Numbered from the stretch's first letter, positions 52,257 through 60,810 are shown. The stretch: 64,000 bases of DNA from Thermoanaerobaculia bacterium (GCA_963666565.1 OY762911.1:672001-736000), one strand, 5' to 3'. Numbers and translations: made by a program. The notes: a model not told the origin generated them from the sequence alone.

Positions 52257-52529
52257 GGTAGTCACGGCTTGCCCCGGATCGCCAGGGAGGACACCGGCAG
52301 GAGCCGGCAGGAAGCGAAGAGCGTATCGCAGCGGAGTCTCGGGGCACTGCACCACGACCCAAACGAGGAAGACTGGAGGCCGATTCCAACGAGCCGAAGC
52401 GACGACCGACCGGAAGGACGAGATCGTGAGCATGCGGCCGGCGACCGGAGTGCGGGTCAGAAGACCCGCGCACCCAGTGGCGGCCGGAGTGCGGGTCAGA
52501 AGACCCGCGCATGTATGGTCCGCCCCGCT

Positions 52530-52760
52530 TGTGCAAGGGCACTTTCCGGAGTTCCGGCGAGAGAGGTGTCGTTGCTTGCATGTATTCGGCCTGTTGTTGG
52601 GCGTCTCGTGGTTTCGAGCTCCCTGGCCCCGATGGAATACGCGCGCGTCGTCTCTTCTGTACACCCAGACGGCCTGTTGAATGGCCCTGCGCGGGTTCAG
52701 GCTCTCGACGCGCCGGTCCGACCTGTTTCGCCATCGCTCCGTTGTGTCCTCGCAACGACT
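52530..52760 (-). ncRNA. Putative bridge/seek RNA of the IS1111 element
   Basis: Non-coding end downstream of the transposase. Contains ACCCGCGCA (52696-52688) and CTGGGTG (52668-52662) matching the target halves, and ATTCCATC / ATACATG matching the donor junction. Boundaries approximate. Confidence 0.78.
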
Positions 52761-52808
52761 TGGTGGGGCAATCCTCCTTGGTTGATTCGATGTGGATCGA
52801 GCCGCCTG

Positions 52809-53867
52809 CTACGCGGCCCGAGAGACCTTCTGCCGAGACCCGGCGAGGCGGTCGTCGCGGTACAGCTCGCCGCGGCGAAGCACCGCCCAGGCGATGCGGC
52901 CCAGCTTGTTGGCCAGTGCCACCGTGGCGACGTTCGGCCCCCGGCGCCGCTTGACGTCGAGCGCCCAGCCCTTCAGCCGCGTTCGCTCGCCCTTCGCCGC
53001 CGTGCGCAGGACCGCCCGCGCACCGTGGATCAGGAGCGAGCGCAGGTAACGGTCGCCGCGCTTGCTGATCCCGCGCAGCACCGTGCGACCCCCGGTCGAG
53101 TCCTGACGCGGCACCAAGCCCATCCAGGCCGACATCTGACGACCGCTGCTGAAAGCCCAGCCGTTGCCCACCGCCGCCACGATCGCCGTCGCCACGATCG
53201 GACCGATGCCCGGAATCGACATCAGACGCTGGCAGTGAGGGTTCTCCTTCGACTCCCGCACCAGCATCGCGGTCAGGTCCTCGACCTCCTTGTGGACCTG
53301 CATCAGAGCCTCGTACTGCATCCACAGCAGCGCGCGAAACTGACCCGGCAGCTCGCGCTCCGCGTCGCTCGCGATGTCGGGCACCGCCCGCATGACCACC
53401 GCCCGGCCCTGACGCAGCACGATCCCGTACTCGCCCAGGAATCCCCGCAACTGGTTCACCAACTGCGTGCGACGGCGAAGCGCCGCCTCCCGGCTCCGAT
53501 GAACCTGCTGAAGAGCACGCTGCTCCTTCGTCTTGTACGGCACGAAACGCATCGTCGGACGGGACACCGCCTCGCAGATCGCCTCCGCGTCGTGGTAGTC
53601 GCTCTTGTTCGACTTCACGTAAGGCCGCACGAACTGAGGACTCATCATCCGCGCGTCGTGACCCAGAGCGCTCAGCTTCTCCACCCAGTAGTGCGCGCCG
53701 CAGCTCGCCTCCATGCCCACCAGGCACGGCTCGAGCTGCACCATCAACTCCATCAGCCCCGACGCCTTCACCTGACGCTGAAACACCACCGCGCCCGACG
53801 AGTCCATCGCGCACACCTGGAACAGGCGCTTGCCCAGATCGATACCGACTCGAGTAACCTTCTTCAT
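52809..53867 (-). CDS. IS110-family recombinase/transposase
   Basis: DEDD RuvC-like motifs GIDLGK, MEAS, KSDYHDA; SIPGIG; GLVPRQDSTGG; ALANK. Confidence 0.96.
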   Translation of the reverse strand: MKKVTRVGIDLGKRLFQVCAMDSSGAVVFQRQVKASGLMELMVQLEPCLVGMEASCGAHYWVEKLSALGHDARMMSPQFVRPYVKSNKSDYHDAEAICEAVSRPTMRFVPYKTKEQRALQQVHRSREAALRRRTQLVNQLRGFLGEYGIVLRQGRAVVMRAVPDIASDAERELPGQFRALLWMQYEALMQVHKEVEDLTAMLVRESKENPHCQRLMSIPGIGPIVATAIVAAVGNGWAFSSGRQMSAWMGLVPRQDSTGGRTVLRGISKRGDRYLRSLLIHGARAVLRTAAKGERTRLKGWALDVKRRRGPNVATVALANKLGRIAWAVLRRGELYRDDRLAGSRQKVSRAA

Positions 53868-54179
53868 GGTCCGTCTCCTCCCTTGTTGGTTGGGAAAAAC
53901 CCATTCTGGCCCTACAAGAGGCCGTAGAGGGCGGGGCGGACCATCCCATTACCCAGAGGCGACCGGAGTGCGGGTCGGAAGACCCGCGCACCCAGTGGCG
54001 GCCGGAGTGCGGGTCGGAAGACCCGCGCACCCAGTGGCGGCCGGAGTGCGGGTCGGAAGACCCGCGCACCCAGTGAATCGAAGAAATCGCCCCGAATTCC
54101 GTCTTAGTCCTCAGAAGGTCGAGATTACCCGCCCGTTCCGGCGGACGACTCGTGCCCACACGAACGAAGGAGAACGGAA

Positions 54180-54863
54180 GTGACGGAAGCGAACGTGGAG
54201 CTACACTACCGGCATGGGGATCCCTGCCGGACACTGGAAGAAGCCGGCTTCGGGCACGGACAGGCCCGGGCGCTGGTCGACTTCATCGCCAGCCGCGAGA
54301 CCAGGTTGGTGACCGACGAAGACATGACCGCCTACGAGAAGGACGTTGCCGTCCTGAGAGGCGACTTGGCCATCCTGAAGGACGACGTCGCGGTCCTCAA
54401 GGTCGACGTCGCGGTCCTCAAGGTCGACGTCGCGGTCCTCAAGGTCGACGTCGCGGTCCTCAAGGAGGATGTCGCGGTCCTCAAGGAGGATGTCGCCGAC
54501 CTCAAGGTGAGGATGGCGGCGGTCGAAGGGCGCATCGACGGCCTCGTCATGGTCGTCGAGGGTCTCCGGCAGGAGGTCAGGGAGAGGGTCGAGGGTCTCC
54601 GGCAGGAGGTCAGGGAAAGGGTCGACGCGCTCAGGCTTGAGTTGACGGCCAAGTTCGAGGCCCTGGAGGCACGCGTCGACCGCCGCATCGGCGGCCTGGA
54701 GGCGCGGATGGACGGCCGGATGGCCAGCCTCGAGGGCAAGATGGACGGCGTTCAGGGCGAGCTCAGGACGGTCAAGTGGGTGCTCGGCTTGATTGCCGGC
54801 CTTCTGGTGGCCGTTGGCGTGCCGACCGCGGCCGCGCTGGTCCGGCTCGCCTTCTTCGCGTAG
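54180..54863 (+). CDS. DUF1640/CCDC90-like coiled-coil membrane protein with heptad repeats
   Basis: LEEAGF..QARALV head, DVAVLK(V/E) 21-bp tandem repeats, C-terminal TM. Confidence 0.8.
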   Translation: MTEANVELHYRHGDPCRTLEEAGFGHGQARALVDFIASRETRLVTDEDMTAYEKDVAVLRGDLAILKDDVAVLKVDVAVLKVDVAVLKVDVAVLKEDVAVLKEDVADLKVRMAAVEGRIDGLVMVVEGLRQEVRERVEGLRQEVRERVDALRLELTAKFEALEARVDRRIGGLEARMDGRMASLEGKMDGVQGELRTVKWVLGLIAGLLVAVGVPTAAALVRLAFFA

Positions 54864-54865
54864 TT

Positions 54866-55010
54866 CCGCGCACCCGGTGGCGGCCGGAGTGCGGGTCAGA
54901 AAGACCCGCGCACCCAGTGCCGCGCACCCGGTGGCGGCCGGAGTGCGGGTCAGAAAGACCCGCGCACCCAGTGGCGGCCGGAGTGCGGGTCGGAAGACCC
55001 GCGCACCCAG
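54866..55010. repeat. REP tandem cluster (3 units)
   Basis: GGCCGGAGTGCGGGTC..AAGACCCGCGCACCCAG repeated. Confidence 0.85.
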
Positions 55011-55015
55011 GGGTT

Positions 55016-56071
55016 TCATGTCCGCGGCGCGAACTCGTAAACGCGCTCCGGCTCGCGCAGGCGGGCGATCGAGCCGGACACCTCTCCCGCCGTCGCGGTC
55101 ACGGCGGCCCCGCCGATTTCGCAGGTCGTCTGGTCGCTCGGCACCTGCCAACGGGCGACGAGCAGGGGCGTCACGACCGGGCCAACCACCGAACAGGCGG
55201 CGATCGACGGCTTCTGGCGGGTCCAGAGGTAGCCGCCGAGCGCCGTCAGCACGTCGCCGCCGCGGCGCTCCACGAGCAGGCCGGTGCAGCGCCGGGGCAA
55301 CGCGACGAGCGGCCGGAGCGTCGCGTACAGTCCGTCGAGCGCTTCCAGGTCGCCCTCGGCAGCCCGGCGGCAGTACCGGTTCCACGCTCCGTCGCGCAGC
55401 CGAACGCCAGCCCGACTTTCGGCCGCGCGGAGCGTCTCCACGGCGCACCACGGCTGCGGGGCGTTGCCGCGCCGCTGCCGCGGGTTCCACTCGGCGGGCG
55501 CCGCCGGAGGCGCGTAGCGGCGCCAGCGGTCGTTGCGGTACCTGTGGGGAATGCCGAGCGCTTGGGCCAGGACTCCGTTCATCAGCGGCTCCACCGTGAC
55601 CGCCCCGTTCACGCGGCACCCGGTGGTCGGAATCGCCACGCCGCGGCGGGAGATGTGGCGAACCGGCGCCGTCTTCCCCGCCCACCGGATCGAGGCCGTC
55701 GTCCGCGCGTCCACCACCGTCGCCATCAGCGACCAGAGCCCGGTCAGCCGGTGCAGCCGCTTCCACGCCTCCGTGCCGCCCCCGAGCAGCGCGCCGAGCG
55801 CGGCGGCGACGTAGATCTTGTGCCCGTAAAGCGGCGACAGGAACTCGTTGTCGCCCGCCAGCTCCCAGTGCAGGTCGAGGATGCGGCCCAGGTCGTCCCA
55901 CTCGCCCCGCGCGGCCCGGAACGCCGGCGCGAAGTTCCAACTGCCGTCAGATCCCGCCCGCGGCAGCTCCAGGTCCCGGCGCGACCCCAGCCCGCACCAC
56001 GGGTTCGCCGAGCCTTCGGCGGCCTGCCAGTAGCACCCCAGGGTGGACGCGGCGTTCTGTTCGAGTCTCAT
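55016..56071 (-). CDS. Hypothetical protein (351 aa)
   Basis: Open frame from MRLEQNAAST with coding-like codon usage, bounded by REPs; no motif recognised. Confidence 0.6.
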   Translation of the reverse strand: MRLEQNAASTLGCYWQAAEGSANPWCGLGSRRDLELPRAGSDGSWNFAPAFRAARGEWDDLGRILDLHWELAGDNEFLSPLYGHKIYVAAALGALLGGGTEAWKRLHRLTGLWSLMATVVDARTTASIRWAGKTAPVRHISRRGVAIPTTGCRVNGAVTVEPLMNGVLAQALGIPHRYRNDRWRRYAPPAAPAEWNPRQRRGNAPQPWCAVETLRAAESRAGVRLRDGAWNRYCRRAAEGDLEALDGLYATLRPLVALPRRCTGLLVERRGGDVLTALGGYLWTRQKPSIAACSVVGPVVTPLLVARWQVPSDQTTCEIGGAAVTATAGEVSGSIARLREPERVYEFAPRT

Positions 56072-56133
56072 GGCGGAGTGCGGGTCAGAAGACCCGCGCA
56101 CCCAGTGGCGCCCGGTGGCGGCCGAATCCGTTG

Positions 56134-56616
56134 CTACCTCCCTGGGTTGAGCGTCGGCGGTCTCGACGACGATGGACTCGGGGGCTCTTCTTCCAGGGCC
56201 TGCCACACGCCCACGAACAGCAGGGCCCCTGCGAGGAGCGTCGAGCACGCGCTCGCGGTCACCATCCAACGGGGCCTGATCCACCTTGGACTGCCGGCGA
56301 CAGCCGATCCGTAGGCAGCGGCCGAGAGGATGAAGACCCCGGCAAAGGCGGCGACCGCCCCGAAGACGAACCACCACTTCGCCTGATGAGCAGAACCCGC
56401 CGTCGCAGCGCCGATGGCCACGGGAAGAGCGAGTGCGGCCGTGGCGAGAGCGGCGGGAGCGATGCGAAGTCCCGCCAAGCCCGCATTCAGGTATGCGACG
56501 GCGGTGTTGCTGTCTGGCTTCGGGAGAGCGTCTGCGAAGCGCTCTTGATCGCGAACCCCCTTGGCAGGTCCGCTGACCGGCCGAAAGGGGACCTCAACAT
56601 CCGAAGCGTCCGCCAT
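56134..56616 (-). CDS. Hypothetical membrane protein (about 3 TM)
   Basis: Three hydrophobic segments; starts 3 nt after the stop of the preceding ORF. Confidence 0.55.
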   Translation of the reverse strand: MADASDVEVPFRPVSGPAKGVRDQERFADALPKPDSNTAVAYLNAGLAGLRIAPAALATAALALPVAIGAATAGSAHQAKWWFVFGAVAAFAGVFILSAAAYGSAVAGSPRWIRPRWMVTASACSTLLAGALLFVGVWQALEEEPPSPSSSRPPTLNPGR

Positions 56617-56619
56617 TCT

Positions 56620-57120
56620 CTAGGCGGCGTACTTCTTCGTCTCGATGGAGTGAAGAAGGTGCACGGCGTTCGTCAGGGCCCGCAGGGCTTCGTTGGTGCG
56701 CCGCAGCGCGTGGGCGGTGGCATGAGCGCTGGCGAAGCCGTCCCGTTGGCGCGACCGCGTCGAGGGCAGAAAGCCCTCGTCATCGTCGTCCTCGTACGTG
56801 AGCTTCCGAATCGCCGTCTCGAGTTCGGCTTGGACCACCCGCAGTTCTTCGCTCGGGCGAGCCATGCTCCTCCCGAAGTAGAAGCTGTAGTTGTTCTGGT
56901 GCACTTGCACGAGAGGGGCACTCCACGGCACTGGATCCACGGCGAAGTCCTGAACCGACGCTCGCGGAAGCTTCAGGTCGTCCAGCATCGAGCTGGAGAC
57001 TTCGTCGAGATCCCGAACCGGGCTCTCCAGGAACTCGAAGTCCCGCACCATCGGGCTTGGAGCCTCGCTGATCGGCATGAGCCGAACAGAATCTTCCGCC
57101 GCCAGTATCGTGTTCTTCAT
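56620..57120 (-). CDS. Hypothetical protein
   Basis: 166 aa; GAGGAG RBS; ATGA overlap with the upstream ORF. Confidence 0.6.
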   Translation of the reverse strand: MKNTILAAEDSVRLMPISEAPSPMVRDFEFLESPVRDLDEVSSSMLDDLKLPRASVQDFAVDPVPWSAPLVQVHQNNYSFYFGRSMARPSEELRVVQAELETAIRKLTYEDDDDEGFLPSTRSRQRDGFASAHATAHALRRTNEALRALTNAVHLLHSIETKKYAA

Positions 57121-57443
57121 GGCTCCTCCTCTTTCCCGTCATCCGTCTGAACGATCTCCTGGATGCTGCGGGCCATCGCCAGCGCTTGCTCTGCTGGCAG
57201 GGACACTCTGGTGATCTGACTGGGCGTAATCGCACGGCTAGCCAGCAACTCTCTGATGTCCTCGTGCGTGTGCTCCTTCAAGGCGAGTGCGATGGGCGGG
57301 GCGAAGTAGCCGAACGTCAGCACGATCTCCGGCGCGTTCGCCTGAACGACACAGAGGTTTGCTGGATTCACCGGCGCGGTGTCCGCACCGTCCCAACTCA
57401 CCGACAACTGCATCGGTTCTGGCGTTTCGGCTTCGTTGCTCAC
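57117..57443 (-). CDS. Small hypothetical protein (DUF3467-like)
   Basis: ANLCVVQ..EIVLTFG..PP..RVSLP..A pattern. Confidence 0.6.
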   Translation of the reverse strand: MSNEAETPEPMQLSVSWDGADTAPVNPANLCVVQANAPEIVLTFGYFAPPIALALKEHTHEDIRELLASRAITPSQITRVSLPAEQALAMARSIQEIVQTDDGKEEEP

Positions 57444-57745
57444 GCTTGGACTCTCAAACCGCCCCCGTCCCTCGTTGCCCCAAGGCTTCCCACCCGCGCC
57501 ACTCGAGGCTGGGGGCCAGATTCGCGGCGGGAGAGTCTACCACGCTTCCGACGATCCGTGTCCTGTCACAAGGAGCATGTCTGGGGAAGCCAATCGTCAC
57601 GATTCCGCTGCTTTGATCCAAGAACGCCAGCCATGTCGAGGTTGACTGTCAACCTCCGGTAGTAGCTCGGTCCAGCCGCTCGCCACCATGCCACGGCTCC
57701 CCTTTTGCTCATTCCTGGAGTGGAACAAGGCTAGGCAGCCGCACC

Positions 57746-57785
57746 GGCCGTTACCGCGCTGGTCCGGCTCGTCTTCTTCGCGTAG
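57746..57785 (+). pseudogene. 3'-end remnant of a further DUF1640-like paralogue
   Basis: CGCGCTGGTCCGGCTCGTCTTCTTCGCGTAG nearly identical to the 3' ends at 54863 and 58514; followed by a REP. Confidence 0.6.
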
Positions 57786-57959
57786 TTCCCCGCTTCCCCC
57801 GGAGTGCGGGTCGGAAGACCCGCGCACCCAGCGGGGCGAGCGCACGGACTTCAACCGAATCGAAGAAACTGCCCCGAACTCCGTCCTAGTCCAAAGGAGG
57901 CCAAGATCGTCCGGCCGTTCCGGCGGACGACGCGAGCCCCGCGAAAGAAGGAGACGGAA

Positions 57960-58514
57960 GTGACGGAAGCGAACGTGGAGCTACACTACCGGCATGGGGA
58001 TCCCTGCCGGACACTCGAAGAAGCCGGCTTCGGGCCCGGACAGGCCCGGGCGCTGGTCGACTTCGTCGCCAGCCGCGAGAGCGGGTTGGTGACCGACGAC
58101 GACATGACCGCCTACGAGAAGGACGTTGCCGTCCTCAAGGACGACCTCGCCGACCTCAAGGTGAGGATGGCGGCGGTCGAGGGACGCATCGAGGGCCTGA
58201 TCATGGTCGTCGAGGGTCTCCGGCAGGAGGTCCGGGAGCGGGTCGACGCTCTCCGGCTTGAGATGTCGGCCAAGTTCGGGGCCCTTGAGGCACGAGTGGA
58301 CGGCCGCATGGCCTCGCTCGACGGCCGCATGGCCTCGCTCGACGGCCGCATGGCCTCGCTCGACGGCCGCATGGACGCCCTGGCGGGCAAGATGGACGGT
58401 GTAGAAGGCCAGCTCAGGACGGTGAAGTGGGTGCTCGGCATGATTGCCGGCCTCCTGGTGGCCGTTGGCGTACCGACCGCGGCCGCCCTGGTCCGGCTCG
58501 CCTTCTTCGCGTAG
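57960..58514 (+). CDS. DUF1640/CCDC90-like coiled-coil protein, paralogue of 54180-54863
   Basis: Near-identical N- and C-termini; DGRMASL 21-bp tandem repeats. Confidence 0.8.
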   Translation: MTEANVELHYRHGDPCRTLEEAGFGPGQARALVDFVASRESGLVTDDDMTAYEKDVAVLKDDLADLKVRMAAVEGRIEGLIMVVEGLRQEVRERVDALRLEMSAKFGALEARVDGRMASLDGRMASLDGRMASLDGRMDALAGKMDGVEGQLRTVKWVLGMIAGLLVAVGVPTAAALVRLAFFA

Positions 58515-58594
58515 TTCTTCGCTTCGCTCGGAGTGCGGGTCAGAAGACCCGCGCGCCCACTGGCCACGCGCCGGTGGGCGGCGCCGATCCAGCC

Positions 58595-59626
58595 TCAGTC
58601 GACCGGGAACGGGTTCCCCGGCACGAGGTCGGTGGCCACCGCGGCCGACGCCGAGTCGTCCGGACAGTTGATCGTGAAGCTCGTCTCGAGTCCGTCCTCG
58701 TCGAGCGACGGAATCGCGCCGTCCATCGCCGCGATCTTGAAGGTGACCGTCTGCGGATTGAGGCGGTCCGGGTCGTCGTTGGCTTTCAGGCAGCGGTTGT
58801 CGTCGGTGCCGACGGTTACCGTCCACTTGAGAACGCCCTCTTCCCGCTCGCCGGGCACCTCACCGCCGTCCGCCAGGAGCTGGACGGTCTCCACGCTGGC
58901 GTGATGCTCGATTTCCCCCCGCGCGGAGAGCGTTCGCGTGGTGATGAAGTTCTCGCCGAGGAGCCGGATGACGGCCTGCTTTCCCGGGTCGGTCCCGAGC
59001 GGCCGAATCACCTCGGAAGGGCTCACGGAGAGCCGCCAACCATCCGACGTTCCGAGGTGACAGTCGCTCGCGGACGCCGTTCCCGCCATGCCGCTGCAAC
59101 CCGGTATCGGTCTCGCCAGCACGATGCGCGGGATGATGCCGACCCGGCCCGTGGGAACGTGCTTGACGTAGGTGCCGATGCCGCCTCGCGGCGTGTCGAT
59201 TTCCAGGCCGCCCGGGTCCGTGACGTCGATCTGCTCGGCTTCGACCGCTGCCTTCGGGATGAACGCGGCGACCGCCGAGTTCACGTCGTCGTTGATCCAG
59301 TACCAGCCGCCCGGCTTCAGGTTGTCGACTTCGAGCTTGCCGGTGGTACCCGCCGGACAACTGCGCCCGTTGGCCGCGTTCAAGGCCTCGCGCACGATGC
59401 CGCCGCTGTCCGGCTGAACCCGGACGGAGATCGTCGTTCCGCCGCAGACCACGAAGAACTCGACTTCCTTCGAGCCGCCGAAGCCAGCCGTTTCACCGAC
59501 AAAGCCGCCCTCTCCCGCGAAGTACGGCGCCACCTGGCAGCGCGGGCAATCGACGGCGGCCGTCTGAGCCGCAGCCACGGCCGGAATCGCCGCCGCCAAC
59601 AGCGCGACTGGAATGATCTGCTTCAC
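58595..59626 (-). CDS. Secreted GGWYW / LVPGNPF-tail family protein
   Basis: GTG start with GGAG RBS, signal peptide, CPRC, GEGGF, GGWYWI, GRVGIIP, TINCP..LVPGNPFPVD. Confidence 0.82.
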   Translation of the reverse strand: MKQIIPVALLAAAIPAVAAAQTAAVDCPRCQVAPYFAGEGGFVGETAGFGGSKEVEFFVVCGGTTISVRVQPDSGGIVREALNAANGRSCPAGTTGKLEVDNLKPGGWYWINDDVNSAVAAFIPKAAVEAEQIDVTDPGGLEIDTPRGGIGTYVKHVPTGRVGIIPRIVLARPIPGCSGMAGTASASDCHLGTSDGWRLSVSPSEVIRPLGTDPGKQAVIRLLGENFITTRTLSARGEIEHHASVETVQLLADGGEVPGEREEGVLKWTVTVGTDDNRCLKANDDPDRLNPQTVTFKIAAMDGAIPSLDEDGLETSFTINCPDDSASAAVATDLVPGNPFPVD

Positions 59627-59715
59627 GACTCTTTCTCCTCCTCGGGGCTGGCGAACCGCCTCTTGGCGGAGACGGGATTCCAAGGGGCCCGAGCCCCTTT
59701 CGGCCGCGACGGCGC

Positions 59716-60678
59716 CTACGGACAGACGATCATGAAGCTCGCGCTTCCGACCTTGCCGGAGTCCGCGTTCCGCACGATGGAGGGCACGACCTGGTCGGCG
59801 CCGGTGCCCGGACCGCCGGTGCTCACGTTCACCGCGTAGGTGACGCCCGTGTAACGGGCGCCTGCCCTGGCGGCGGTCATCGCCACCGACGGCTGTCCGC
59901 GGAACGCGGTGATGCCGTCGTTCTCGGTCGAGTGGGACGCAACGTAGTGACCGCTCCCGTTGCCCCAGAGATCGGCGACGAGGACGACCGAACCCGTTCC
60001 GGCGGGCCGGGTGATGCTGCCCTTGTCGTGGATCCGCACGGTAGCCCCGGTGGTCCCGTTCGTGCTCGTCATCAGGACATTCGCCTTGCCATCTCCCAGC
60101 GCGCACGCGGTCTGCACCGGCTTGCCCGGCGACGCCGCCGTGCCGGCGCCCGAGAAGCCGCACTTCCTGGTCGGCGCCGTCGGCGGCTCCGGCAAGATGT
60201 TCGGCAGGATGCCGACGCGGCCGGTGGCCGACTCCTTCAGGTAGACCGCGCCGCTGCCCTTCGTCATCGTCACGCCGGGGCCGGCGCTCGCGATCACGGT
60301 CGGCTCGTTGCCGAGGATGTCCTTCGCCACCAAGTTGCCCACGGCCGAGTTCAGGTTGTCCGTGATCCAGTACCAGCCGCCGTCCTTCAGGCCGGCAATC
60401 TCGAGGGAACCTCCTTCCCGGTCGCAGGCCAAGCCGTTGCGATGGTTGAACAACAGCACCGCCGTGCGGCCATCGACCTGGGCTTCCCCCGTAGTACTGA
60501 CGCTGCCGCACGAAGCGACGAAGACGACCTCGCCGGCGTCCTCGGCGAGGGTTCCGATGAATCCGCCTTCGCCCCTCAACCAGGGAGCGACGTGATCGCA
60601 ACCGGAGCAACTGACGTCCTGGCCGAACGCCGCCGCCGGAATCGCGCTGAGCGCCAGCGCGAGCGTGAAGCGCCTCAT
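59716..60678 (-). CDS. Secreted GGWYW-family protein (internally deleted, lacks the tail)
   Basis: Signal peptide, CSGC, GGWYWI; long near-identity to 60811-62013. Confidence 0.82.
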   Translation of the reverse strand: MRRFTLALALSAIPAAAFGQDVSCSGCDHVAPWLRGEGGFIGTLAEDAGEVVFVASCGSVSTTGEAQVDGRTAVLLFNHRNGLACDREGGSLEIAGLKDGGWYWITDNLNSAVGNLVAKDILGNEPTVIASAGPGVTMTKGSGAVYLKESATGRVGILPNILPEPPTAPTRKCGFSGAGTAASPGKPVQTACALGDGKANVLMTSTNGTTGATVRIHDKGSITRPAGTGSVVLVADLWGNGSGHYVASHSTENDGITAFRGQPSVAMTAARAGARYTGVTYAVNVSTGGPGTGADQVVPSIVRNADSGKVGSASFMIVCP

Positions 60679-60720
60679 CGGTTCTCGTTACGCTCTCTCT
60701 GTAGGTCCTTGAAAGACGAA

Positions 60721-60755
60721 GCCTCCGCGCCGGGGTGTGAGCCCGACGCGGAGGC
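60721..60755 (-). terminator. Intergenic stem-loop after the first GGWYW gene
   Basis: GCCTCCGCG...CGCGGAGGC inverted repeat followed by TTCGTCTTT on the minus strand. Confidence 0.5.
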
Positions 60756-60810
60756 GGTACTTTCGAAGTCGTCTCTCCCCCGTTCAGCCCGGGGGAGGAA
60801 CGGCTGTCCC

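Larger units (their letters stand above)
52512..53950 (-). mobile_element. IS110-family (IS1111 group) insertion sequence inserted in a REP
   Basis: Sub-terminal 14-bp IRs ATGGTCCGCCCCGC (52515-52528) / GCGGGGCGGACCAT (53931-53944); flanks rejoin to GACCCGCGCACCCAG; no multi-base TSD. Confidence 0.93.
52445..54075. repeat. Five tandem 39-bp REP units, second unit split by the IS110 element
   Basis: CCGGAGTGCGGGTC(A/G)GAAGACCCGCGCACCCAGTGGCGG at 52445, 52484 (split), 53963, 54002, 54041. Confidence 0.9.

Noticed and set aside
52445-55010. Tandem 39-bp repeats as a CRISPR array
   Set aside because: The units are contiguous and near-identical with no unique spacers, there are no cas genes, and the same motif is dispersed throughout the window as a REP.
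52440-58560. Integron cassette array or prophage
   Set aside because: No tyrosine integrase, attC core sites or phage structural genes recognised.
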